This document shows positions 26,128-41,668 of a DNA stretch of 64,000 nucleotides, in pieces. Each line of letters begins with the position of its first letter. Within the stretch, counting starts at the first letter, position 1. The DNA lies in assembly GCA_951406725.2 (NCBI GenBank), contig OX597814.1:94240001-94304000 (forward strand), read 5' to 3'. The notes beneath the pieces are model-generated. The model searched no databases. It was not told the DNA's origin and saw only the letters and a list, made by a program, of their open reading frames with translations. Both the position numbers and the translations under genes were made by a program. This stretch comes from Octopus vulgaris. Lineage: Eukaryota.

Positions 26128-29050
26128 CAATCAAGCCTTATGCATAGCACTTACAGAAACACACCTGAAACCGGACATAGCAGATACAGAAATACACATA
26201 CCACAGTATGTTGTACTACGGACCGACAGAAAAGAAAGGAGTCATGGAGGAGCTGCTATGTACATCAGTGAGGACCTCACACTCCAGGTCCTTTTGTCAT
26301 ACTCAAATTCGGTGTGTGACACACTAATTGTACATATAAGGCAACTTGGTGTAGTTATATGTGCTACATATCGCCCTCCAGATGCCCCAAGCCATGTAGG
26401 CAAGTTTGATGACTGCCTTATAAAAATAGTTCTAGTCACATTAGAACAACACATAAGTGTACTTCTTATGGGAGACTTCAATCTACCCAATGTCAGATGG
26501 CCCGAGGGCCTTTCTCTCCCAGGAATGACACGATGTGAACGAGGACAGGCGAGGTCCGTCCTGAACCTCATCAACACTCTGTACATGGAGCAAGTAATAC
26601 TCCAACCAACCAGGGCAGGTAACATACTGGATCTCTGCTTCCCAAATAATATGGATCTCATCCATAATGTGAAAGTGACGCCGACACTACTCTCGGATCA
26701 CAACATGGTAGAGCTGACCATGTACGGGCCAAAGGAAAGCATGGGCATGCAGCCTACAAGAAACTCTCAGAATCTTTCCAGCTTCAACTTCCATAAGGCA
26801 AACTGGAAACAAATTGAGAAAGAGATCCTCAAACAAAACTGGCCTGAATGTCTATCCTCGCCAGACATCGACATGAAACTTCAACAATTCATGTCTGTAA
26901 TACAAGCCATATGCTACAAATGTGTCCCAGAGATAAAGGCCACTGTACACAAGAGCAAAATCCCCAGAGAGAGGAAAATTCTAATGAGACGGCGTACAAA
27001 ATTTTCAAATCGCCTAAACAAACAAATTGAAAGCAGTGAAAAGTCCCGCCTGAAAATAAAACTGTTGGAAATTGAAAAATGCCTGCAACTCTCCCATGAA
27101 AAAGAAAGAGCAGACAAATAAGCCTGGGCTATTGACAACATAAAATCTAACCCCAGAGCTTTCTACAGGTATGCCAAAGAAACAGCTACGGTGCACTGTA
27201 GGATAGAGCCACTCCTTGAAAAGGATGGCACACTCAGAGGAAATCCAATGAGGGTAAGTGAAATACTAAATGAGCAATTCAAGGGTATTTTCACTCCATC
27301 CCTAGGGCATTTTCAAGTCAGCAATCCAACTGACTTCTTTACCACTGCAGATATAAAATCAGAAGCAGCGATGATTGATTACATCAATATAAAGGAAGAC
27401 GATGTAATAAAGGGTATTGATGAAATGAAAACAAACTCAGCTACTGGCCCCGATGGATTCCCAGCAATCCTTCTAAAAGTATGTCAGAGAGTCCTAGCAA
27501 GACCACTGCAGTTCCTCTTTCAGAGCTTCCTTGCAACTGGCAAACTTCCAAGAAAACTGAAGGAAGGTAAAATATGCTCTATTCATAAAGGAGGTAGCAG
27601 AGCGGAGGCCAAGAACTACAGACCTATCTCTCTGACCTCACACATCAGCATGGTCATGGAACGAATAGTCAGAAGGAAACTAATCACCTTCCTTGAAGAA
27701 AATTACTTGCTGCCTGACACCCAACATGGTTTCCGACCAGGAAGAAGCTGCTTAACTCAGCTCCTACAACACTATGACTGGGTGCTAAAACGACTGCTCA
27801 ACCACTCACATGTGGAAGTCATATATCTCGACTTTACAAAGGCCTTTGATAAAGTCGATCATGGAATGATGTGTCACAAACTGCGTGATCTTGACATAGT
27901 TGGAAAATTGGGAGAATGGCTTCATGACTTTCTGAAGGATAGATTGGTAGTAGCCAATGGGGCCACTTCCATTAACACGCAAATAGTGAGCGGTGTTCCG
28001 CAAGGCACTATTCTGGGACCACTATTGTTCATAATGGTCCTGTCAGACATGCCCTCAGCCACGCAGAGAGCCACGATCACAATTTATGCACATGATACAA
28101 AAGTTTCACAGGCAATACAGAACCCTGAACACACTAAGCACCTGCAATGTGAGCTGGAAAAAATATACAAGTGAGCTGAAAAGAATAGCATGCAGTTCAA
28201 TGCTGAAAAGTTTCAAGCTTTATACTATCAGCATGCAAAACTAAATGCAATACCCAATAAATACACTGGACCTGGAGGGATTGCAATCCCAGAGGAACAA
28301 TCAGTGCGAGACCTGGGTATTTACATGAGTGATGATGCAACCTTTCATGTGCATGTTGCTAAATTGGCAATGAAATGTAGGCGGCTGACCGGATGGATTC
28401 TTAGAACCTTTAGAACAAGAGACCAGGAAACTATGCCACTTTGACTATTGCTCTCAGCTATGGTCACCATCCAGTGTCAATTTAATCACAGAACTTGAGG
28501 CGATCCAACGAAGCTACACGAAGAAGATAGTCTTTGTGCAGCATATAAGCTATTGGGAAATACTCAAGAGATTGAGACTCTATTCTTTAGAGCGTAGGCG
28601 AGAAAGATATGCCATAATATACATCTAGAAGATCCTAGAAGGACTTGTCCCAAACTTTGGCATCGAGAGTTACACAAATGCCAGAACTGGGCATCACTGC
28701 ATAGTGCCAAGGACTCCAAATTTGCCATCAAGATGTAGGACAAGATACTGTGATAGCCTGGGCTTCCGAGGCTCACAGCTCTTCAATATCCTCCCGAAGA
28801 ACCTAAGAGACCTGCATGGGGTGGATGCAAATGTCTTTAAAATGAAACTGGATCTCTTCTTGTCAGGTGTCCCAGATGAACCAACCTCACGACAGGAGGT
28901 TCAGATGAGGGCAGCTGCACCGAACTCTCTCATGCACCAGATGGCATTTGCTAAAAAGCATTCGTGAAGTAAAATCATGTAGGAACACCAAATGGCGGTG
29001 ACCCAGCATGGCCATAGCTTGTGAGCTGAAACTAAATAAATAAAAAATAA
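26128..29050 (+). mobile_element. CR1-clade LINE, near-complete ORF2 (APE endonuclease plus RT), inactivated
   Basis: LTETHL, RTDRKERSHGG, YRPP, MGDFN, GNILDL, SDHN; GPDG, NYRPISLTS, QHGFRPGRSC, YLDFTKAFD, GVPQGTILGPLLF, YAHD (mutated YADD). In-frame stops at 27119 and 28172. 3' tail ends in taaataaataaaa. Confidence 0.95.
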
Positions 29051-29069
29051 TATATATATATATATATAG

Positions 29070-29260
29070 TGAGAATTTACAAAAAAAACAAAAGACGAAG
29101 ACGGGTGTGTAAACAACAAACAGGTGTATTAGTTTAACGCTCGGGAAGTGAGAAAGTCTTTTACGTTTCGAGCCGACGCTCTTCGACAGAAAGGAACACA
29201 GAAATAATCAGGGAGATAAAATAGAAAAGTTTTAGTCGCTAGCGATCTATCATGGTGAAT
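29070..29260 (-). mobile_element. PLE terminal-repeat remnant with hammerhead-like motif
   Basis: Minus strand cttt-CTGTCGA-A-gagc-gtcg-gctc-GAAA-CG-TA-aaag at 29158-29193. Confidence 0.6.
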
Positions 29261-30511
29261 GCCGGACTGAGTGGTCATACAGGAGAGCGTGGAAGCAGTG
29301 GTGATCCCAAAACGAAGGTGCGCGTGCATGTGTATGTGAGAGCGTGCATGTGCGTATGGAAAGGGACTGGTGACCTTGACGTGTGCGCGTGTGCAAGTGT
29401 AGGTGTGTGGATGATGGTGTAGGTGCTGGGAGTGGCCAGTGCTAGTGTGTGAGCTGGTGTTGCTGCTGGGAAGTGGTCAGTGCTGGTGTGCACGGGGTGG
29501 TTTAATGTGGTGTTGTATGGTGATATGTGGAGTGGTGGTGTGTGGTGTGGTGGAATGGTGGTGTTGGAGTGTGGGGGAGGCGACAGTGGGTAAGTAAGTG
29601 TGGGGTGTAAGGGATGGGATGTGGTGGGATAGTATGCATAGGGATGGTGGGGTTGGAATGTGTAGGGGTGGGGTAACGACGGAGGGAGTGACGATGATGG
29701 GAGAGGGTGGAATCGAGAAAGTGGGTAGAAGTGAATAGAGGAAGTAGGTGCCAGAACAAGAGAGGATAGGTGGATGAGAAGTAGGTGTGAGAGAAGGCCA
29801 GAACAATGCGAAGTAAATGCAAGGTAAATCACAAGAAAACAAGTATATGAATTAATGTAGAGTTACCTTGCATTCAATATTTCAGGGTTATGACCCCATT
29901 TTCAAGAAATTAATGAATGTTGCTGACGTGCGTATGTGTGCGCGTGTAGAGTGGACATGCGCAGAAAAGTGTTGCTATAGCAACCAGCTAGTTTCCTGAA
30001 ACTCTCTTCTGTTAGAAATATTTGGTTTTCTTCGGTGCATGAGGATGGCCTCGAAGATTCTATGAAATTAGATGATAAAACCAACCCATTTTTAGATTTG
30101 TAGATTGTGTTTACTTATTCCATGGGTACCATTTCACCTTGATTTTCCACTCATTAGATTGATGGCAGTTTTAATCTTGTCCGGAGCTCCTGAAGAAGAG
30201 CTGCACACCCACAATTGATTATGTAAACCGATCCTTGGCGTTGCAGAGCATTTCTTCCTGCCTGTGCTTAGTAGTTTTAAAGTGAGAATCAGTTCACATA
30301 ATACATTCCCACCCTTCAGACGTGGAGGTCCCACCACAGTGGTTCAGTGGGCTAAGACCGTTGCGATGACCAGCAAGTTGTAGATTTTGCATTAAAATGG
30401 ACTTCTCCAGAGCGAATTACAACACAAAACTGGAGAGCTCCACCAAAACTGGAGTTGCTAGAAGAGTGTCAAAGCCTGAAGGACTTTACTCCTTGGCTTT
30501 CAGTTGAACAT

Positions 30512-31040
<529 letters not shown>

Positions 31041-31372
31041 ACAGAACTGTCTTTCAGTTGAAGTTGACTTGTCTAGTCTTTCCTCTTACCAAGGGACACA
31101 CACAAGCCAGTGAGACTCATCATATTATAAATGTAAGAACCTACCTAATTTGCATATTCAGAAAACCGTCTAAGCTAATTTTTCTCAGGCATAAAACCGA
31201 TAATAATAATGTGTGCCACATTAGCTGGTCACACACATACTCATGCAAACTGAATAGAATATTTTTCTCTGATGACGTTTAATAATAACAAAGCCTGTGT
31301 ATGCGTGCGTGTGTGTGCGTGCACGCGCGTGTGTGTGAGTTTGTGTGCATACATATGTACGTATGTGTATGC

Positions 31373-31434
<62 letters not shown>

Positions 31435-31438
<4 letters not shown>

Positions 31439-31620
31439 AGAGTTTACGAAAAAAATAAAAGACGAAGACAGGTGGTGTACAAAACAAACAGATGTATTAG
31501 TATAACGCTCAGGAATAGAAAAAGTTTTTTCCGTTTCGAGCCAATGCTCTTCTACAGAAAGGGACACAGAAAAAACAAGGAGAGAAAAAATGTGTGTAGT
31601 GGCTAACGATCTATCATGGT
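31435..31620 (-). mobile_element. PLE terminal-repeat remnant (same family as 29070-29260)
   Basis: Colinear homology. Motif CTGTAGAAGAGCATTGGCTCGAAACGG on the minus strand. Confidence 0.6.
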
Positions 31621-34039
31621 GATTATATATATTGATAGAAAGGATAAGACAACAAAAGAATGAAAGAAACCTCGATATTATGTAGATAGCGGAATTTATC
31701 TGTAAATATAATATGTGACAATTATTCAGCTTCGGATGTCGGGGCGGAAACCCAGGCCGGCATCTATTCAGTTATCGGGCCATCGAAAAAATGTTATGAA
31801 AATGACCCTTAAAACAGAGAGAAATTACTGTGTGATTGATCGTTAATAAGACAAAAGAGCTAATAAAATGACCGCTAAGTAAGGGGAGAGAGTAAAGGTA
31901 AGGGAGTAAAAATGTTCATATAACAGAATCGCTTAACCTCGTAAAAAGTAGCTTGTGGTGTTTAGTTACACTTCTTTGTGATTTCGATTTCCACAACAGA
32001 CACCTTTAATGTTCTTAAATATGTAGTGAATAATAACGCAATAAAAGTCAAAAATAATCTCTTATATACTTCCCTGCGCGAAGAAAATTGAGTCCTTGGG
32101 CTCAATCTTATTCAAATATCCTATTTATATTTTTGTACAGGAATATAGTTTTATGCGCATAGCTTTGTTAACAGATATTGTAGTTTTAAGACTCAATATT
32201 AGCAGCATTGGTTATTGATGAATATTTATAATGTATATACGTCTTCTATAGCTAAACAACATGAAATACGTAAAGTTAGGACTAGTAAACACAGAGAAAG
32301 GACCCTTCATCAGTTGTCGGCTGTTTATCTACTCCTCATTTCGAGCATATATATATGTGTGTGTGTCGTGTGTGCGTGTGTGTAGGTATGTATATATGCA
32401 TATATACATATATATATTATTTATTATTCTTATTTAATAGAACGCCACGCATCCATTTCTAAGTAAGTTTATATACATGAATATATATATATATATATAT
32501 ATATGGGAAAATCCGAAGCTAGATGCCGGGAAAAATAGCTTATGAATATTGCCTGGCATAAATATTAACCAATGCAAAACAAAACACATACACATTAGAA
32601 CATGAATAAGGAATATACATTTGTGATATATGTTATGCGGAAACCATACTGAATATCATGTACGATTCAAAGAGAAAAATTTTTTATTATAGATTACAAG
32701 GACACATTCCATACACGTATACGGTCAATTAAATCGAGCTTTGTAATTTATTGCGTTTATTTTACTGACGACTGTAAACTTAAAAGGAAAATCGAACATT
32801 GCATTCGAATTATAAAAAAAAAATTCAGTATTGCTCTAAATAATAATGCGTTATCCAGTCAACCTGCTGCCGTTGTTTCTATTTACTTTCTGCAGATGTT
32901 AATAATAATGATTCATAATAGCGGAAAGAAGCCAGAGAGCATTGGGGAGAGATCGCTCGATTAAATTGACTGCAGTATTTGACTGCTAATTTATATTATA
33001 CTGCTGAAGAATGAAAGCAAATTTGACTTCGGAAATGTTTTGACTAAAACTATAAAAAGACGCAAAGAAACACCTCAATATACCTTCAATGAGGATGATA
33101 ATGATGATCATGAAGATGATTATGATGATGATGGTGATGATGATGACAACGACGACAAAAACCAATAGTATGAACAACAACAACAATACTAATGGCTTCA
33201 AATTTTGGCTTAATGTCAGCAATTTTATGGATGGGGTATGTCGATTACGTTAACCCTAGTGCTCGGCTGCTACTTATTTTATCAACTCCGAAATGATGAA
33301 AGGCAGCGTCAATCTCAGCAGGATTTGAGTTCAGAACATAAAGAAGAAGTGTCGCTAAGTATCCGTACAACCCGCCAACTAATTTGCCAATACAGAGCTT
33401 TTCGGTAACTATTTACGATTAAGTAGTAATCACTAGTACAGTGAGCAAGGGCATTTATATCGACCGCTTCAAACATTTTTTATATACATTTAGTGGTTGG
33501 AAAATATTTATCATATCGTGGCAGAATGCAAATTTTAGCTCAGAAAGGATACAAGCGCCATTATGGATAGTGTGTTTGTGTGCGTGTGTGTCAATTAAAA
33601 AAAATATATATATCGTTACGACACTTCAGACAATTAACACAATCATGTATCAGAAAATCTCTTAATTAATTTGCTAAATTAAACGTTATGGGATTCTGAC
33701 TGTGAAATTGAACACTGTAGAAAGATATAAATATATATGACATAAAAAAGTAGGCCTCATAATAATGTTACAATACGTTCAGACACTAAGATCCCAGACA
33801 TGGACAAAATACGGTGATTGAAATGTACAAATGTCAAAAATGTGCTAATAAGTAGTGGCGAAAATGACTGCTGTACCAGTTATCTTTGGAATATTAGGTT
33901 CAATCCACCATAAATGGACATAAAGACAGACATACGATTGGTCTAAAAATCTGTCCATATTCTTAAAAAGGCAATTTCTGTCTGAGTATTTGTTGAGCTT
34001 TGGCTAAATCTATTTTAAATCCACACATTGCCATGAGAC

Positions 34040-34095
<56 letters not shown>

Positions 34096-34099
<4 letters not shown>

Positions 34100-34800
34100 T
34101 AGACCACCTAATCTCAGGGTGTAGAGTCTTAGCACCTGCAGAATATAAAGCAAGACATGACAGAGTCGGCCAGTTTATACACTGGACAATATGTCGGCAT
34201 TATAAAATCAAAACCGCTGACAAATGGTATAAACATCACCCTGAAGCTGTGACTGAGGGAGAAAATGTGTCGATTCCATGGGACTTCCCCGTGCAGACCG
34301 ACAGGACTATAAAAGCCAATAAACCGGATATCATTATAAAAGATCAGACAAAAAGGATGTGTTTATTAATTGACATGAGTATTCCCTGTGATCACAATAT
34401 AGCGGCGAAAGAATTTGACAAGATTAGTAAATATAAAGACCTGCTAATGGAAATTGAAAAAATGTGGCATCTCAAGACGACTACAGTACCAGTGATTGTA
34501 GGATCTCTAGGAATGATAAAAAAAGGCACTGAAACCTATTTGAAAATGATTCCAGGCTTACCATCCCTACAGGAAGTGCAAAAAATCGTATTAACTGGAA
34601 CGGCTCATGTACTGAGAAGAGCACTATCGCTGTGAAAATAACATCCATCCATGAATTTATTTATTTATTAATTTTTAAATACATATGTTATCTGTGAATT
34701 TGCGCGTGTAATCTGGGAATGCATACAATGCCCTTCTCTGCCCTAGATGTATGGAAAACACTCGGCGAGAAACGGAAGAAAATTTGAAGAAAGAAGGAAA
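34096..34800 (+). mobile_element. R4/Dong-type non-LTR retrotransposon, 5'-truncated (RLE domain plus 3' UTR), within (TAA)n
   Basis: TIDHLISGC, RHDRV, WDFPVQTDR, KPDIII, IDMSIP.D, KISKYKDL, VPVIVGSLG. Highly similar to 54875-55560. Flanked by (TAA)n on both sides. Confidence 0.9.
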
Positions 34801-34803
34801 AAC

Positions 34804-34856
<53 letters not shown>

Positions 34857-34857
34857 C

Positions 34858-35110
34858 ATACTGAGGAGAGCATTGTCGCTGTTAATATTCTTTCCTTTTT
34901 TCCTCTTTATTTTTTTGTTTACTTTTTAATTTTTCTCACTGTCTTTCTTCCTCCTTTTCTTTATCACATGTCTTTATAAATCAACAATCTGGAGTGTTCA
35001 TTTTAATGGCCTACCAATGTACACAGAGCGTTTCTCTGCCCTAAGTCTCAGGAAGACATTCGGCAAGAAATGGAAACAGAATTTAAATGATGATAATAAT
35101 AATAATAATG

Positions 35111-35150
<40 letters not shown>

Positions 35151-35295
35151 CTTTAAAAAAAAAAATTAAAAAAAATGAACGAACTACTGAGTTTGGTTTA
35201 ATGGCCTACCAATATACACTATGAGTTTCTTTGCCCTAGGAGTCGGGAAGACACTCGGCAAGAAATGGAAGAAAATTTGAAAGAAGAAAAAAAAA
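34858..35295 (+). mobile_element. Two short Dong-type 3' tails separated by (TAA)n
   Basis: ILRRALSL end plus aatggcctaccaat...tgccctag...agacactcggcaagaaatggaa tail, present twice. Confidence 0.75.
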
Positions 35296-35350
<55 letters not shown>

Positions 35351-35532
35351 CAATAATGTTTCAAGTTTTGGCACGAGGCCTGAAATTTGGAGGAAAATGG
35401 GCCTACTACATAGCCCCTTGTACTACACAAGTACTGTAATTTATTGATCGGAACAAATGCTGCAAAGTTTCTATTCGACACCTAAACTACTCTACCAAGC
35501 CCACAACAACAACAACAACAACAACAGCAACA

Positions 35533-35624
<92 letters not shown>

Positions 35625-36474
35625 ATTATAATATCTTATCATCATTGTTGTTAATATTGTTATCGGAATCCCCTGTGACAAATAAACCTTATACAAACGC
35701 GTGAGAATCTGATAAAAATATATCTGATAACTTTCCAGATGAGATGATTTGATGCGTTGTTTGTTTGTGGTCATAACATGGTCAGAAGAAGAGTCTTTTG
35801 AGCTTATCTCCGTTTAAGGAACATTTTGAATTTTTGCTATCAACGTTTTTAAAATAGAAACATAACAAGATATTCATACAGGCGGAAGAAAGATTAGTAG
35901 TCTATAAATAAAGAATAAACATTTGCGCCCTTAATCAGAATTTTCAGTCACCAACAAAGAGAAACAGAAAATATCAATTAATCAAAAGAACACATTTTCA
36001 AAACAAGACATTCGCATTTTTAATTTGAGGTGTGGTAGACAGAATATGACTATCTGCTTTATAGTATGGCCAACTTGACTGAAGTGCCGAAAATACGCTG
36101 GCCTCTGAATGAGAGACATGACATTCACATGTGACAAAAGCCAGTGTCTTCATGCTCTAGGAATACGATATCTACAAATGGAGGATTGAGAGAAACGCTG
36201 ACCGTCTTCTGTAACTCTGTCGTTTTCGTTAGTCGATCTAGGGTGTATATATATATAAGCTTTTGGCTGGTTCCTACCACCAAGTACGAAGCGAGATGAT
36301 ACTCAAAGCTGATGCGTCACACATCTCCTTACAGGCTCTTGAGGCGGTAAAATATAAAATTACAGCCAGGGTCCTTGGTAGGGAATTTTTATACTTAGAT
36401 CTTTTTCACGAGTTCAAAAGAATACAGGCAGGTGGTGAGCATAGAAAAACATGTTATAATAATATATATATATA

Positions 36475-36937
<463 letters not shown>

Positions 36938-36938
36938 A

Positions 36939-37335
36939 GGCGGCGAGCTGGCAGAAACGTTAGCACGCTAGGCGACATGCTCAGCAGTATTTCGTCTGTC
37001 GCTACGTTCCGAGTTCAAATTCCGCCGAGGTTGACTTTGCCTTTCATCTTTTCGGGGTCGATTAAATTAGTACCAGTTACGCACTGGGGTCGATATAATC
37101 AACTTAATCCGTTTGTCTGTCCTACTTTGTCCCTTCTGTGTTTAGCCCCTTGTGGGTAGTAAAGAAATAGGTATTTCGTTTGTCTTCGTGTTCTGAGTTC
37201 AAATGCCACTGGAGTCGACTTTGCCTGTCATCCTTTCGAGGTCGATAAATTAAGTACCTGTTACACACTGGGATCGATGTAATCAACTACGCCCCTCCTC
37301 TAAATTTCAGGCCTTGTACTTATAGTGGAAAGGAT
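36939..37335 (+). mobile_element. tRNA-derived SINE with Meta-like core, two tandem core units
   Basis: GGCGGCGAGCTGGCAG head, B-box GAGTTCAAATTCC, core gtcgactttgcctttcatcctttcggggtcgataaa..agtacc repeated at ~185 bp period. Confidence 0.8.
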
Positions 37336-37929
37336 TATTATTATCATTGTTATTGATTGAGAGAACAGCGCAAACCATCAATGCGACACTGGAGTAAAAT
37401 ATACGAAGCCAATATACCGATCATGACTACCCGTCTGATAAGGATACACCAGGCACATGCATCGCAACCATAGGTGCGCGACATGGTGATCTTATATCAA
37501 TATAAATAGCGTGTGACCTTGCAGGTGGGAACCAGTTAGAATCTTCTTCAGGTCGAGTAGCCCATCCCGATCAAATGGTCCCTGAATAAGGTTTGTTTAA
37601 GGATGATGAACAAAACACCCATGACTCCGGAGGTGAATAACTCAACCCCCAAAGAATTCTTCTCAACACATGGCTATGATGATCCTCAACTACTTCTGCT
37701 CATGATCAGAGATGCACATATTGTCAACTCAACTGGCTAAGGTCAAGCAACTGACAAGCAAATCTGTAGTATGGAGCAAAATATTTGCTGCAGCCCATTT
37801 TTATACCAAGACAAAAGTATGCGTGATAACATTTCCAATCAGTTAAGATCAAAAGCCATGAGAACCACTGCTTGGTACTGCATCAGAGAATTTATTAATA
37901 TTATTATTGTTGTTATTATTATTATTATT

Positions 37930-38465
37930 CTATTTTTGACTTTTGCTTTATATTTGTACAAGTTGGCTCCAAGTCTCACCCAGAGACCTCAAGAGACAAC
38001 AGGTTGGAAGTTCATGTTGTTGTTATGCCTAGTGTGCCATATATTTTTTTTTTTGGGGGGGGGGGGTTGTACTAATGAATGTCTAAAAAAAAAAATTTTT
38101 TTTTAAACCGAAAATTATGTTTCTTTTAAACCTTGAGATTACATAGAAAGTATTTTGCGTAGGATATGAGCAGTTCCCATGAGCACTATCTTTTGAATTT
38201 CTGCCATTTTGGAGTTTCCTGGTATCTGAGTTAGGTAGCTATCAGCCCCTTTTGCTATCATTCCCAGGGAACCTATGACAACAGGTATTGTTTTAGTCTT
38301 CAGGTTCCACATTTTGCTGATTTCTATTTCAAGATCTTTATATTTGCTCAGTTTTTGGTAGGTCTTGACAGATACGTTTATATCGATTGGGACAGACATG
38401 AGGAGGCATGTTCTTTGTTTGAAGTCTTTCAATATGATGTCTGGCCTATTTGCATCTATTTGCAT
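37930..38465 (-). mobile_element. Dong/R4-type LINE 3' fragment
   Basis: IDANRPDIILKD...KLSKYKDLEIEISKMW..IPVVIGSLG..ILRKILSM, abutting (TTA)n. Confidence 0.88.
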
Positions 38466-38467
38466 CC

Positions 38468-38571
<104 letters not shown>

Positions 38572-38574
38572 TCC

Positions 38575-39316
38575 ATTAGCATCTTTCACTTCTGTTTCCA
38601 TTTCTTGCCGAGTGTCTTCCTGATTCCAAGAGCAGAGAGACATAATGCATACATTGGTAGTCCATTAAAATAAACACCCCAGATCGTTCATTTACAGAGT
38701 CATGTGATAGAGAAAAAGTGTACGACAGAGAGAAAAGGAAAAATATAAAAAATACAAACGTTAACAAATAAAAGGGGGAAAAGGAAAGAAAATTCACAAC
38801 GACAATCTTTTGCACGTTTTTGTACTTTTTGAGCTTATCAAATTCTTTAGCTGAGATATTATGGTCACAGGGTATGCTCATGTCAATCATTAAGCAAACT
38901 TTATTGCTTTTGTCTTTCACAACAATATCTGATAAAGCCCACACTCTCTGCCTTTAGTACTGAGCTCCGTAGCAACTGATGGGTGTGTTTCTGGTCTACG
39001 TCTGCTTGTTTGCTACGGGCCACATATTTGCCATGAAAAGGTTCTTGTAACCATCTATCAGTCAATTGTTCAATTTTGCTTTGCTAATGATTTCACCTTC
39101 TTTTCAAATTCTGTTGCTGTACTTCCCTCATGCTGTTCATTCTGGGTATTATGCACAAACTCACTTGAAGATTTTTGCTCTTCTTCATACCAGAATGAAG
39201 CTTCTTACGTCTTTCATGTTTTTATCAACGAGCCTTAGCATCCAGTCGTTAAGTGTTTCAAGATATTTTGCCTGTCCAATTGTTGTGATTTTGTACATTT
39301 CAAATTGGATCAAGCC
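38575..39316 (-). mobile_element. Dong/R4-type LINE fragment with internal deletions
   Basis: DIVVKDK..VCLMIDMSIPCDHNISAKEFDKLKKYK, the WLQEPFHGKYVAR region, and the 3' tail. Flanked by (TTA)n. Confidence 0.8.
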
Positions 39317-40232
<916 letters not shown>

Positions 40233-40324
40233 TAATGATTTTAATAACAACAACAACAACAACAATAATAATAATAATAATAATAAGTGGAAGATGAATG
40301 AATATTATTATTATTATTATTATT

Positions 40325-40416
<92 letters not shown>

Positions 40417-40459
40417 GTGGGAGATGAATGAATATTATTATTATTATTATTATTATTTT

Positions 40460-41338
40460 TATTATTTACGTTTTATCTGCATGTTTGCTATAACCACTCC
40501 TTGAGACACACCCTGCGTCCTAGAGCGAGTGAAGGACAAGAGAAGTTAAAGTATGACTGAAAGCTTGGGTAGGAGAAGTGGCAGGAGCAGTAGCCAAATA
40601 TTTTCATGTAATACAACACATCCACTTAAACTGACAGGGTTTTTCTAAGGATGTGGGCAGTACTTGTCAGCACAATGTTTTGGATTTCTCTGACATATGG
40701 TTCTCCTGGGATATTATCTAGATGTTTCTGACGTCCCTTTCTTATCATAACTAGGGCACCCACAAAAACAGGAGTAGTTCTCGATTTAATATGCCACAAC
40801 TTTTGCATTTCAATTTCCTTGTCCTTATATTTACTTGATTTGTCAAATTCCTTTACAGATATATTTTTATCAATGGGAGCATTTACATCTATTAGTCTAC
40901 AATTAATTTCGTTTCAGTCTTCAGTGACTATGTCTGGTCGATTAGCTTGGTACGTTCTGTCGATGTTTGGAAAATTCCAGAAAATAATGACATTTTCACC
41001 TTCAGCGACTGGCTCAGGATGATGTTCATACCAGTAAGCAGGAGTGATAATTTTGTAGTGCTTACATATTCGTATGGTATCAGCACATGACATCCCGAAA
41101 CGAGACGATCTATTGTTTCATAAAATTAATCGCAGAATCTGCATTTAGGGTAGAACCGTTTTGAAGAACGTAGCCTAGTAGTTTTTTGTGAAGAAGCTTT
41201 TATCTTGTGCTGCCATTATGAAACCTTCAGTCTCTGCTTTCAGACCTGAGCTTCGGAGTTGTTGCTTGATTTACATCGGTATTTCGGCTTCCAAGTATTT
41301 ACTGTCCATGCAGAGTCTTTTAGCTCCACTGCTGCTCA
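40460..41338 (-). mobile_element. Dong/R4-type LINE fragment
   Basis: LRSGLKAETEGFIMAAQD, CRFC..ETIDRLVSGC, RPDI, KSSKYKD, PVFVGAL, HILRKTLSV. Confidence 0.88.
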
Positions 41339-41339
41339 A

Positions 41340-41345
41340 TTTCTT

Positions 41346-41437
<92 letters not shown>

Positions 41438-41490
41438 CATTATTATTATTATTATTATTATCATCACCATTATTATTATTATTATTATTA

Positions 41491-41521
<31 letters not shown>

Positions 41522-41668
41522 CATTATTGTCATCATCATCATCATCATCATTCTTATTATTATTGTTATCATTATTGTTACTGTTGTTATTGCTGTTGTT
41601 AATTATTATTATTGTTGTTATCATTATTATTATCATTATTATTATTATTATTATTATTACTATTACTA
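41340..41668. repeat. Compound (TTC)n/(TTA)n/(TCA)n microsatellite
   Basis: Direct read. Confidence 0.9.

Noticed and set aside
29275-29842. Pro/His/Thr-rich ORFs of 106-185 aa on the minus strand
   Set aside because: They are open in several frames only because the C/A-rich strand lacks stop codons. No domain signature.
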